Of a stretch of 64,000 nt of DNA, positions 15,001 through 29,109 are shown piece by piece (within the stretch, counting starts at the first letter, position 1; every line of letters begins with the position of its first letter). The notes beneath the pieces were generated by a model. It saw nothing but the letters and a program-made list of their open reading frames with translations, had not been told where the DNA came from and did not search any database. Source of the DNA: the human T2T-CHM13v2.0 reference genome, Homo sapiens; NCBI RefSeq assembly GCF_009914755.1, contig NC_060941.1, one strand, 5' to 3'. Position numbers and translations under genes: made by a program.

Positions 15001-18000
15001 GTAAAGGAAAGATATTGAAAGGAATGGAATGGAATGGAATGGACTCGAATGGAATGGACAGGAGTGGAATGGAGGCGAGTGGAAAGGACTGGAGTGGAAT
15101 GGACACGAATGAATTAGAAAGGAATGGAATGGAATGAAATGGCATGCAAAGGAATAAAGTGGAATGTAATCGGATGGAACGGAATGGAATCAAATGCAGT
15201 AGAATGCAATAGAATCCAATGGAATGGTTTCAAATGGAATGGATTGAAATGGAATGGAACGGAATGGATTGGATTCAAATGCAATGGACTCGAATGGAAT
15301 AGAAAAGAATAGAATGGCATCGAATGCAATGGAAAGGAATGGAATGGAAAGGAATGGAATGGAATGGGATGGAATGGACCCAAATGTAATGTACTCAAAT
15401 GGAATCGACTTAAATAGAATGGACTTCAAAAGGATTGGTCTCGAATGGAATTTATTCGTATAGAATGGAATCGAACGGAATGCAATACTATGGAATGGAA
15501 TCCAATGGAATGGAATTGAATGGAATGTAATCAAACGGAATGAAATGGAAGTCAATGGAAAGGAAGACAATGGAATGCAAAGGAATGGAAAGGAGTGGAA
15601 TCGAGTGGAATGGAATCGAATGGAATGGAATCAAATGAAATGTAATCGATTGGAATGGACTGGAATATAATGGACTCGAATGGATTAGACAGGAAAAAAA
15701 TGGAGTTGAACAGATTGGAATCTAATGGAACGGAATGGAATGGAATGGAATGGACTCGAAAGGAATGGAGTCGAACGGAATACAATCGAGTGGAATGAAA
15801 TCGAATGGAATGGACTGGAATGGAATTGAAAGAATAGAATGGAATGCAGTGTAATGGAAAGAAATCGAATGGAATGGAATGGACTCGAATGGAATGTACT
15901 GGAATTGAGTGGACTCAAATGGAGTGGACTGGAGTGGAATGGACTCGAATGGAATGGACTGGAACAAAATGGAATAGAACGGATTGGAATCGAATCGAAA
16001 GGAATGGAAAGAAATTGAATGGAATGGAATGGAATGGACTCAAATGGAATGGAGTCAAATGGAATGGAACCAAATGGAATGGAATGGAATGGAATAGAAT
16101 TCAATGGAGTGTAACGGATAGATATGGAATAGAATGGAATTTAATAGAATGGACTCGAATGGAATGGACTGGAATGGAATGCAATCGAATGGAAGGGACT
16201 GGAGTGGAATGGACTGGAATGCAATGGAAACGCTTGGAATGGAACTGAATGGAATGGAAAGGAATAGAATGGAATGGAATTGGATGGAACGGAACGGAAT
16301 GGAATGGAGTCGAATGGAATAGAATCGAATGGAATGGCATGAAACGGAAAGGAATGGAATGGAATGGACTCGAATGGAATGGACTTGAATGGAATAGAAT
16401 AGAATGAAATGGCATAGAATGGAAAGGAATAGAATGGAATGGAATGGACCCAAATGTAATGGACTCGAATTGAATGGACTCAAATAGAATGGATTCGAAA
16501 GGAATGGTCTCGAATGGAATTTATTCGAATAGAAGGGAATCGAATGGAATGCGATACTATGAAATGGAATTTACTGGAATGGAATCAGTTGTAATGGAAC
16601 GGAACGGAGTGGAGTGAAATAGAACGGACTCGAATGTTATGGATTGCAATGTAATTGTTTCGAATCGAATGGAAACGAATGCAATGTAATCAAATGGAAT
16701 GGAATGGAATGCAATGGAATGAAAGAGAATTAAATGCAATGGAATGTAACGGAGTGGAATCGAGTGCAATTGAATCGGATGGAATGGAATCGAATAGAAT
16801 CCAATGGAATTTACTGGAATGGAGTGGACTCAAATGAAATGGACTGGAACAAAATGGAATAGAACGGTTTGGAATAGAACGGATTGGAATCGAACGGAAT
16901 GGAATGGAAAGGAATGGAATGGAATGGAATCGATTGGAATGGAATCAAATGGAATTGAATGGAATTGAATGGAATCGAAATGAATAGAATAGAATGGAGT
17001 GTAACGGAAAGATATCAAATGGAAAGAAATGGAATGGAATGGACTCGAATGGAATGGAATGTAATGGAATGGACTCGAATGGAGTGGCCTGGATTGGAAT
17101 GGACTTGAATGCAATGGAAACGAATGGAATGGAATGGAATGGAATGGAATGGAATGGATTGGAATGGAAAGGAATAGAATGGAATGAAATCGGAGAGAAC
17201 GGAATGTAATGGAATGGATTCGAATGGAATAGAATCGAATGGAAAGGCATCAAATGGAATGGAATGGAAGGAATAGACTCGAATGGAGGGGAATCGAATG
17301 GAACAGAATCGAATGGAAAGTCCTCGAATGGAATGGAATATAATGGAATGGAATGGAATGGACACAAATGGAATGGACACAAATATAATGGACTCGTATG
17401 GAATGGACTCAAATAGAATGGAATTGAAAGGAATGAACTGGAACAAAATGTAATCGAAAGGATAGGAATCAAACAGAATGGAATGGAACGGAATGGAATG
17501 GAATGGAAAGGACTCAAATGGAGTGGAGTCAAATGGAGTGGACTGTAATAGAATGGAATGGAATTGAATTGAATCGAAAGGAATAGAAAGGAATGGAGTG
17601 TAATGGAAAGATATCGAATGGAATGGAATGGAATGGAATGGAAAGGATTCAAATGGAATGGACTGGAGAGGAATAGACTTGAATGGAACGGAAATGAGTG
17701 GAATGGAATGGAAGGGAAAAAAGGAATGGAATAGAAATGAAAAGAAAGAAATGCAGTCGGATGGAATGGATTGGTATAAAATGAAGTAGAATGGAATAGA
17801 ATCAAATGGAATAGAATCAAATGGAATGGCATTGAAAGGAATGGAATGGAATGGACACAAATGCAATGGACTCGAAAGGAATGGATTCAAATAGAATGGA
17901 ATAGAAAGACTGGTCTTGAAAGGAATTAATTCGAATAGAATGGAATCGAAAAGAATGCAATAGTATGGAATGGAATTGAATGGAATGGAATCGATTGGAA

Positions 18001-21000
18001 TGGAATTGAATGGAATCGAATAGCATAGAATAGAATGGACTGTAATAGAAAGACATCGATCGGAATGGAATGGAATGGAATGGACTCAAGTGGAATGGAC
18101 TGGAATGAAATGGACTCAAATGGAATGGACTGGAACAAAATGGAATCGAACGGATTGGAATCGAATGGAACAACATGGAATGGAATGGAATGGAATGTAC
18201 TCAAATGGAACGGAGTCGAATGGAATGGAACCAAATGTATTGGAAGTGAATGGAATTGAAAGGAATAGAATGTAATGGAGCATAATGGAAAGATATCGAA
18301 TGGAATGGAATGGAATGGACTCGAATGGAAAGGACTGGAATGGAATGGACTCGAATGGAAAGGAAACGAATGGAATGGAAAGGAATGAAATGAAATGTAA
18401 AGTTATAGAGTGGAATGGAGTTGGATGGAATGGAGGGAACTGAATGGAGTCGAATGGAAAACAATCGAGTGGAATGGCATCAAACGGAATGGAATGGATT
18501 GGAATGGAATGGGCACAAACGTAATGGACTCGAATGGAATGGAAATAAGTGGAATGGAATGGAAAGGACTAGAATGAAATGGAATCAGATGGAACGGAAT
18601 GGAATGGAATGGCGTCAAACGGAAGAGAGTTGAACGGAATGGCGTATAATGGAATGTTATGGAATGGAATGGGCTCGAATGGAATGTACTGGAATGGAAT
18701 AGAATCGAATGGAAGAGCATCGAATGGAATGGAATGGATTGGATAAAAATGTAATAGAATCGAATGGTATGGAGTCAAATAGAATGACCTCAAAGGAAAG
18801 GTCTCGAATGGAATATATTCGAAAAGAATGGAATCGAATGGAATGTAGTAGTATGGAATGGAATCAAATGGAATGGTGTCCAATGGAACGGACCAGAATG
18901 GAATGGACTGTAATAGAAAGGACCAGAATGTAATGGATTGCAAAGTAAATGATTTGAATGGAATGGAATCGAATGGTAAGTAATCAAATGTAATGGAATG
19001 GAATGCAATGTAATGGAATAGAAAGGAAAGCAATGGAATGGAATGGAGTGGAATCGAATGGAATGTAATCGAATGAAATGGAAACGAAATGAATGAAATA
19101 AAATGGAATGGAGTGTAATGGAATGGCCTAGAATGTAATGGACTGGAACAAAATGGAATCGAACAGATTGGAATGGAATGGAATGGAAAGGAATAGAAGA
19201 GAATGGACTTGAATGGAATGGTGTCACAGGGAATGGAACCGAACGGAATGGAATTGAATGGAATCGAAAGTAATAGAATGGAATGGAGTGTAATGGAAAT
19301 ATAACAAATGGAATGGCATGGAATGGAATGGAATCGAATTGAATGGAAACGAATGGAATGGAATGGAAAGGAATAGAATGGCATGGAATAGGATGGAAAG
19401 GAATGGAATGGAATGGAGTCAAATGGAATGGAATCGAATGGAACGGAATGGAATGGAATGGAGTCGAATGGAAAGGAATCGAATGGAATGGCATCGAATG
19501 GAATGCGATGGAATGGAATGGACTGGAATGGAATAGAACCAAATGGAATGGCATCGAATGGAATGGAGTGGAATGGAATGGAGTGGAATGGAATGGACCC
19601 AAATGTAATGGACTCGAATAGAATGGAGTCAAATAGAATGGACTTGAAAGGAATGGTCTCGTATGGAATTTATTTGAATAGGATGGAATCGAATGGAATG
19701 CAATAGTGTGGATTGTTATCAAATGGAATGGAATCGAATGGAATGGACTGCAATGGAATGGACTGGAATAGAACAGACTTGACAGTAATGGATTGAAATG
19801 TAATTGAATCGAATGGAATGCAGTCAAATGGAATGTAATCAAGTGGAATGGAATGGAATGCAAGGAAATGGAACAGAATGGAATGCAATGGAATGGAATG
19901 AAGTTGAATCGAGTGGAATGGAATCGAGTGGAATGGAATCGAATGGAATGGAATAGAATGGAATGGACTGGAATGGCAAGGACTCGAATTGAATGTACTG
20001 GAACTAAATGGATTCGAACGGATTGGAATGGAATGGAACGGAACGGAATGGAATGGAATAGAATGGACTCGAATGGAAAGGAGTCGAACGGAATGGAACC
20101 AAATGGTGTGGAATTGAATGGAATCGAAAGGAATAGAATGGAATGTAGTGTAATGGAAAGATATCGAATGAAACTCTATGGAATGGAATGGACTCGAATA
20201 GAATAGACTGGAATGGAGTGGAATCAAATGGAATGGCCTGGAGTGGAATGGACTCGAATGGAATGGAAACGAATGTAATGTAGTGTAATGTAATGGAATG
20301 GAATGGAAAGGAATAGACAGGAAAGGAATTGGATGGAATGGAATGGAAAGAAATGAGTTGATTGGAATAGAATCGTATTGAATGGCATGGAATGGAATGG
20401 AATGGAATGAAACGTACTCGAATGGAATGGACTCAAATGGTATTGAATGGAGTGGAATGGCACCGAATGGAAAGGAATGGAATGAAATGGAATGTAATGG
20501 AATGGACCAAAATGAAATGGACTGGAATGGAATGGACTCCAATAGAATGGACTCGAAAGGAATGGTCTTCAATGGAATTTATTCGAATAGAATGGAATAG
20601 AATGGAATGCAATAGTATGGAATGGAATAGAATGGAATGGATCACAATGGAATGGACTGGAATAGAATGGACCTGAATGTAATGGATGGCAATGTATTTG
20701 ATTTGAATGGAATGGAATCGAATGGAATGTAATCAAATGGAATGGAATGGAATTCAACGGAATGGAATAGAATGCAATGCAATGGTATGAAACGGAGATG
20801 TATTGAGTGGAATGGAATCGAACGGAATGGAATCGAATGGAATGGAATAGAAGAGAATGGAATGCACTCGAATGGAATGGACTGGAACAAAATGGAATTG
20901 AACGGATGGGAATCAAACAGAAGGGAATGGAATAGAATGGAGTGGAAAGAAATGGAATCGAATGGAATGGAGTCGAAAGGAATCGAGTCGAAAAGAAAGG

Positions 21001-24000
21001 AATCGAATAAAATGAAATCAAACGGAATGGAGTCGAGTGGAATGCAATCCAACAGAATGGAATTGAATTGAATTGAAAGGAATAGAATGGAATGGAGTGT
21101 CATGGAAAGATATCAAATGGAATGGAATGGAATGGACTCGAATGGAATGGACTCGAAAGTAATGGACACGAATGGAATGGACTGCATTGGAATGGATTCG
21201 AATGGAATGGAAATGAATGGAATGGAATGGAACGAGTAGAATGGAACGGAATCGCATGGAACGGAAAGGAATGCAATGGAGTCGAATGGAAAAGCATCGA
21301 ATGGAATGGCCACGAAAGAATGGAATGGAATGGAATGGAATGGAATGGACTCGAATGGAATGGACTCGAAAGGAATAGAGTCGAACGGAATGGCATCGAA
21401 TGGAATGGAAAGGAATGGAAAGGAATGGAATGGAATGGACCCAAATGTAATGGACTCGAGTGGAATGGACTCAAATAGAATGGATTAGAAAGGAATGGTC
21501 TCGAATGGAATTTACTCGAATAGAATGGAATCGAATGGAATGCAATAGTATGGAATGGAATCAAATGGAATCGACTGGAATGGAATGGACTGGAATAGAA
21601 GCAAATCGAATGCAATGGAATGCAATGTAATTGTTTCGAATGGAATGGTATTGAATGGAATGTAATCAAATGGAATGGAATGGAATGCAATGGAATGGAA
21701 TAGAATGGAATGCATTGGCATGGAACAGAGTGGAATTGAGTGTAATGGAATTGAATGGAATGGAATCGAATTAAATGGAATCGAATGGAATGGACAGGAA
21801 TGGAATGGACTACCATGGACTGGACTGAAACAAAATGGAATGGAACAGATTGGAATGGAACAGAACAGAATGGAATGGAATGGCATGGAATGGAATGGAC
21901 TCCAGTGGAATGGAGTAGAATGGAATGCAATCAAATGGAATGGAATCAAACAGAATGGACAGAAATTGAATGGACTCGAATGGATTGGACAGGAACAAAA
22001 TGGATTCAAATGGATTGTAAACGAAAGGAACAGAATGAAATAGCATGGCATGGAATGGAATGGTATCGAATGGAATGGTATCCAATGGAACGGATTGAAA
22101 CGAAATGGAATCGAATGGAATGGAATAGAATAGAAGGGAATTGAATGGAATCAAAAGGAATAGGATGGAATGGAGGGTAATGAGAGATATCGAATATAAT
22201 GTAATATAATGTAACGTAATGGAATGGAATGGACTGGAGTGGAATGGACTTGAAAGGAATGGAGACGAATGGAATGGAATAGAAAGGAAATGAATAGAAT
22301 GGAATGCAATTAGATGGAATGAAATGGAAGGGCACGAAGTAGAATGGAATAGAATCGAATGGAATGGCATCAAATGGAATGGAATGGACTCGAGTGGAAT
22401 GGACAAGAATGGAATAGCATCGAATGGAATGGCATTGAATATAATGGAATGGACTGGAATGGAATGGAATCGAATGTAATGGATTGCAATGTAATTCATT
22501 CGAATGGAATGGAATCGAATGGAATGTAATCCAATGGAATGGAATCAAATGGAATTTAATCCAATGGAATGGAATGGAATGCAATGGAATGGAAAAGAAT
22601 GGAATGCAATGGAATGGAACGGAGTGGAAACGAGTGGAATGGAATCGAATGGAATGGAATGGCATGGATTCAAATGGAATGGACTGGAATGGAATGGACT
22701 CGAATGGAATGGACTGCAACACAATGGAATGGAACCGATTGGAACTGAAGGGATTTGAATAGAATGGATTCGAATTGAATGGACTCCAATGGAATGGAGT
22801 CTAATTGAATGGAACCAAATGGAATGGAATCGAATGGAATGGAATTTAATAGAATCAAAAGGAATTGAATGGAATGAAGTTTTATGGAAACATCGAATGG
22901 AATGCAATGGACTCGAATGAAATGGCCTAGAAAGGAATGGACTCGAATGGAATGGACGGGAGTGGAATGGACTCGAATAGAGTGTAAACCATTGTAATGG
23001 GAAGGAATTTAATGGAATGGAATGGAAAAGAATAGAATTGAATGGAATCAGATGGAACGGAATGGAATGGAATGGAGTCAAAAGAATAGAATCTTATGGA
23101 ATGGCATTGAATGGAATGGAATGGGATAGACTCGAATGGAATGGACTCAAATGGAATAGATTCGAATGGAATGGCAATGAATGGAAGGGAATGGAATGGG
23201 TAAAAACTAATGGACTCGAATGGAATGGAATAAAATAGATTCGACTCGAAAATAATGATCTCGAATGGAATTTATTCGAATAGAACGGAATCGAATGGAA
23301 GGGAATCTAATGAAATGGAGAGGAATGGAATGGAGTGGAATAGAACGGACTTGAATGTAATGGATTGAAATGTAATTGATTCGAATGGAATGTAATCAAA
23401 TTGAGTTTATTGGAATGCAATGGAATTGACTAGAATGGAATGCAATGGAATGGAACGGAGTGGAATTGAGTGGAATGGAAACCAATGGAATGGAATCGAA
23501 TGGAATTGAATGGAATGGAATGGACTCCAATGTAATGGACTGAAACAAAATGGAATCGAACCGATTGGAATCGAATGGAACAGAAAGGAATGGAATGGAA
23601 TGGACTTTAATGGAATTGAGTCGAAAGGAATGGAATCGAAAGGAATGGAATCAAATGGAGTGGAATTTAATGGATTCGAAAGGAATAGAATGGAATGGAG
23701 TGTAATCGAAATATCGAATGGAATGGAATGGAATGGACTCCAATGGAATGGACTGGAATGGAATGGACTCCAATGGAATAGACTGCAGTGGAATGGAATC
23801 CAATGGAACAGAAAAGAATGGAATGGAATGGAAAGGAGAACTATGGAATGGATTCGTTTGGAACGGAATGGAATGGATACGAATGGAATAGAATCAAATA
23901 GAATGGCATCAAAAGGAATGGAATGGAATGCAATGGACTCGAACGGAGAGGCCTAGAATGGAATGGACTCGAGTGGAATGGCATCGAATGGAATGGAATG

Positions 24001-27000
24001 GAATGAAATGGAATGGAATGGACCCCAAAGTAATGGACTCGAATGGAATGGACTCAAATAGAATGGACTCGAAAGCAATGGTCTCCAATGGAATTTATTC
24101 GAATAGAATGTAATCAACTGGAATGCAATAGTATGGAATGAAATCGAATGGAATGGAATCAAATGCAATGGACCGGAATGGAGAGGACTGGAATAAAACG
24201 GACTGGAAAGTAATGGATTGCAATGCAATTGATTCGAATGGAATGGAATTGAATGAAATGTAATCAAATGGAATGGAATGGAATGCAATAGAATGGAATA
24301 GAGTGGAATGAAATGGAGAGGAATCGAGTGGAATAGAATCGAATGGAATGGAATAGAATGGAATGGACTGGAATGGAATTCATTCGAATGGAGTGGACTG
24401 GAGTGGAATGGAATTGAACGGAATGGAAACGAATGGAATGGAATGGAATGGAAAGGAATAGAATGGAATGGTATTGGATGGAATGGAATGGAATGGAATG
24501 GAGTCGAATGGAATGGAATGGAATGGAGTCGAATGGAATAGAATCGAATGGAATGGCATCGAATGGAAAGGAATGGAATAGAATCGAATAGAATGGACTC
24601 AAATGGAATAAAATAGAATGGAATGGCATTTAATGGTATGGAATGGATTGGAATGGAATGGAATGGAATGGAACCAAATGTAATGGACTCGAATGGAATG
24701 TACTCAAATAGAATGTACTCGAAAGGGATGGTCTCAAAAGGAATTTATTCGAATAGAATGGAATTGAATGGAATGCAATAACATGGAATGGAATCGAATG
24801 GAATGGAATCGAATGGAATGGACCAAAATGGAATGTACTGGAATTGAACAGACTCTAATTTAATAGATTGCGATGTAATTGATTTGAACGCAATGGTATT
24901 GAATTGAATGTAATCAAATGGAATGTTATGAAATGCAATGGAATGGAATAGAATGGAATGCAATGGAATGGAAGAGAATGGAATGCAATGGAATGGAACA
25001 GAGTGGAATCAAGAGGAATGGAATCGAATGGAATGGACTGGAATGGAATGTACTCGAATGGATAGGACTGGAACAAAATGCATTCGAACGGATTGGAATG
25101 GAATGGAATGGAATGGAATAGAAGGGAATAGAATGGAATGGATTCGAATGGAATGGAACCGAACTAAATTGAATTGAGTGGAAACGAATTCAATGGAATC
25201 GAAAGGATTAAAATGAAATCGAGTGTAATGGAAATATATCGAATGGAATGGAAAGAAAAGGAGTGGACTCGAATGAAATACAAGGAATGGAGTGGAATCG
25301 AATGGAATGGACTGGAGTGGAATGGACGCCAATGGAATGTAAATAAATGGTATGGAATGGAATGGAATGTAATGGAAAGGAGAAGAATGGAATGGAATCG
25401 GATGGAAAGAAATGGTATGGAATGGAGTCGAAAGAAATAGAAGCGAATGGAATGGCATCGATTGGAATGGAATGGAATGGAATGGACTCGAATGGAATGG
25501 ACTTGAAAGGAATCGAATGGAATGTAATGGCATCGAATGGATTGGAATGGAATCGAGTGGAATGGAATGGAATGGAACGGAATGGAACCAAATGTAATGG
25601 ACTTGAATGGAAGGGACTCAAATAGAATCAATTGGAAATGAATGGTCTACAATGGAATTTTTTCGAATAGAATGGAATCGAAAGGAATGCAACAGTATGG
25701 AATGGAATAGAATGGAAAGGAATCAAATGGAATGGAGCGGAATAGAATGGATTGGAATAGAACGGACTCGAATGTAATGGATTGCAATGAAATTCATTCG
25801 ATTGAATGGAATCCAATGGAATGCAATCCAATGGAATAGAATGGAATGTAATGTAATGGAATGAAAGAGAATGGAATGCCATGGAAAGGAATGGAGTGGA
25901 ATCGAGGGGAATGGAATCGAATGGAATGGAATCGAATAGAATGGACTCGAATGGAAGGGAATCGAATGGAATGGACTCGAGAGAAATGGTATGGAATGGA
26001 ATTTATTCTAATAGAATGGAATCGAAGGAAATAAAGTAGTATGGAATAGAATCGAATGGAATGGACGGGAATGGAATAGAATGGAATAGAACAGACTTGA
26101 ATGTAATTAATAGCAAAGTAATTGATTCGAATGGAATGCAATAGAAAGGAATGTAATCTAATGGATTGGAATGGAATGCAATGGAATGGAATAGAATGGA
26201 ATGCAATGGAACGGATCAGAGTGGAAATGAGTGTAATGGAATTGAAAGGAATGGAATCGAATGGAATGGAATCAAATGGAATGGAAACGAATGGAATGGA
26301 ATTGAATGGAATTGACTGGAATGGAATGGAATGGAATGGACACGAATGGAATGGATTCAAATGTAATTGAAACTAATTTAATAGAATGGAATGAAATTTA
26401 ACAGAAAGGGATAGAATGGACTGGAATCGGATGGAATGGAATGGAGTCAGATGGAATAGAATCGACTGGAATGTCATTGAATGGAATGGAATGGAATGGA
26501 AAGGAATGGAATCAAATGTAATGGAAAAGAAATTAATGGAATGGAGTGTAATGGAACGGAAAGGGATAGAATGGAATGGAATCGGATGGAATGGAATGGA
26601 ATGGAATGGAGTCAGATGGAATAGAATCGAAGGGAATGTCATGGAATGGAATGGAATGGAATGGAATGGAATGGAAGGGAATCGAATGGAATGGACTCAA
26701 ATGGAACAGAATCGAATGGAATGGCATCAAATTGAATGAAATTGAATGGAATGAAATGAAATGGAATTTAATGGAATGGACCCAAAGGTAATGGACTCAA
26801 ATGGAATGGACTCGAAAGGAATGGACTCGAATGGAATTTATTCGAATAGAATGGAATCGAATGGAATGCAATTGTATGGAATGGAATCGAATGGAATGGC
26901 ATCCATTGGAATGGAACTGAATGGAATGGACTCGAATGGAATGGTCTCTAATGGAATAGAATCGAATGGAATGGAAATAAATGGAATGGAATGGAATGGA

Positions 27001-28718
27001 ATGGATTAGACCCAAATGTAAAGGAATCGAATGGAATGGACTCAAATAGAATGGACTCGAAAGGAATGGTCTCAAATGGAATTTATTCGAATACAATGGA
27101 ATCGAAAGTAATGCAGTAGTATGGAAAGGAATTGAATGGAATGGAATTGACTGGAATGGAACGGAATGGAATGGACTGGAATAGAACGGACTCGAATGTA
27201 ATGTATTGAAATGTAGGGGATTTGGATGCCTTCAAATTGAATGGAATGTAATCACATGGAATATAATGGAATGCAATGTAATGGAATAGAATAGAATGCA
27301 ATGGAATTGATCCAAGTGGAATCAAATGTAATGGAATCGAATGGAATGCAATCGAATGGAATGAACTGGAATGGAATGGACTCGAACATAATGGCCTGGA
27401 ACAAATTGGAATTGAACGTTTTGGAATTGAACAGAATGGAATGGAATGGACTCGAATGGAATGAAGTCGAATGGAATGCAATCGAATGGCAAGGAATCAA
27501 ATGGAATGGAATAGAATGGAATCACAAGGAATAGAATGGAATGGAGTGTAATGGAAAGATATTGAATGGAATGGTATGGACTCGATAGGAATGGATTAGA
27601 ATGGAATGGACTCGAATAGAATTCACTAGAGTGGAATGGACTCAAATGGAATCGAAACGAATGGAATGGAATGGAACGGAATGGAAAGGAATATAATGGA
27701 ATAGAATCGGATGGAATGGAATGGAATGCAATGAAGTTGAATGGAATAGAATCCAATGGAATGGCCTCAAATGGAATGGAATGGAATGGACCCGAATGGA
27801 ATGGACTGGAGAGGATTGGACTCAAATGGAATGGAATGGAATGGAGAGGAATAGAATGGAATGGAATCGGATGTAACAGAATGGAATAGAATGGAGTCGA
27901 AAGGAATAAAATAAAATGGAATGGCATCGAATGCAATGGAATGGAATGGAATGGAATGGACTCGAATGGAATTTGTTCAAATGGAATAGAAGAGAATGGA
28001 ATGGCATTAAATGGATTGGAATGGAATGGAATGGAATGGAATGGAACCAGATGTAATGTACTGGAATGGAATGGACTCAAATGAACGGATTCGAAAGGAA
28101 TGGTCTCGAGGGGAATTTATTCGAATAGAATGGAATTGAATGGAATACAATAGTATGGAATGGAATCGAATGAAATGGGAATGAATGGAATGTACCGGAA
28201 TGGAATGGACTGGAATAGAGCAGACTCAAATGTAAAGGATTGCAATGTAATAGATGCAAATGGAATGGAATCAAATGGGATGTAATCAAATGGAATGGAA
28301 TGGAATGCCATGGAATGGAATAGAATGGCATGCAGTGGAATGGAATAACATGGAGTGGAATGAAATCGAATGGAATGTAATCAAATGGAATGGAATGGAA
28401 TGCCATTGAATAGAATAGAATGGAATGTAATGGAATGGAATAGAATGGAATGCAACGGAATGGAATGGAGTGGAGTCGTGTGCAATGGAATTAAATGTAA
28501 TGGAATCGAATGGAATGGATTCGAATCGAATGGACTGGAATGGAAAGGACTTGAATGGAATGGACTGCATCAAAATGGTTTCGAGTGGATTGGAGTCGAA
28601 CGGAACAGAATGGAAAGGAGTGGAATGGATTGGAATGAAATGGAATGGACTCGAATTAATGGAGTCGAACGGAATGGAATCAAATGGAATGTAATCGAAT
28701 AGAATGGAACTGAATGGA
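1..28718 (+). repeat. Human Satellite 3 array, diverged GGAAT type with GGACT/CGAAT variants (HSat3A-like), left of the L1 insertion
   Basis: Continuous GGAAT pentamers with recurrent variants GGACTCGAAT, GGAATCGAAT, GCAAT, GTAAT, GGAAAGATATCGAAT and no CAACCCGAGT. It lacks the dense GAATCATCGAAT/ATGATG pattern typical of HSat2. The subfamily label is an inference from motif content. Confidence 0.95.
6041..6190 (+). repeat. 75-bp tandem duplication
   Basis: CTCAAATGGTATAGAATGGAATGAAATGGCAA(C/T)GAATTGAATGTAACGGAATGGAATTTACCCAAATGTAATG starts at 6041 and again at 6116. Confidence 0.9.
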
Positions 28719-28733
28719 TTTTTTTTTTTTATT
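28719..28733 (-). terminator. L1 polyadenylation signal (AATAAA) and 12-nt poly(A) tail
   Basis: T12 at 28719-28730 is followed by ATT on +, giving ...TATAATAAAAAAAAAAAA on the - strand. Confidence 0.85.
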
Positions 28734-28858
28734 ATACTCTAAGTTTTAGGGTACATGTGCATATTGTGCAGGTTAGTTACATATGTATACATGTGCCATG
28801 CTGGTGCGCTGCACCCACAAATGAGTCATCTAGCATTAGGTATATCTCCCAATGCTAT

Positions 28859-28892
28859 CCCTCCCCCCTCCCCCGACCCCACCACAGTCCCC
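28859..28892 (-). other. L1 3'UTR G-rich polypurine tract (potential G-quadruplex)
   Basis: Minus strand GGGGACTGTGGTGGGGTCGGGGGAGGGGGGAGGG has five G-runs of 3 or more. This is a known feature of young L1 3'UTRs. Confidence 0.75.
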
Positions 28893-28935
28893 AGAGTGTG
28901 ATATTCCCCTTCCTGTGTCCATGTGATCTCATTGT

Positions 28936-29109
28936 TCAATTCCCACCTATGAGTGAGAATATGCGGTGTTTGGTTTTTTGTTCTTGCGATAGTTTACTGA
29001 GAATGATGGTTTCCAATTTCATCCATGTCCCTACAAAGGTTATGAACTCATCATTTTTTATGGCTGCATAGTATTCCATGGTGTATATGTGCCACATTTT
29101 CTTAATCCA
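28936..29109 (-). pseudogene. Remnant of L1 ORF2p C-terminus (57 aa + stop), non-functional fragment
   Basis: Translates as WIKKMWHIYTMEYYAAIKNDEFITFVGTWMKLETIILSKLSQEQKTKHRIFSLIGGN*, matching the known ORF2p C-terminus with one S>T change (EFISF>EFITF). The TGA stop is at 28938-28936. Confidence 0.93.

Noticed and set aside
28757-29071. 104-aa non-repetitive ORF on + (MHIVQVSYICIHVPCWCAAP...)
   Set aside because: It is an antisense reading of the L1 3'UTR/ORF2 end, a common artefact found in many L1 copies.
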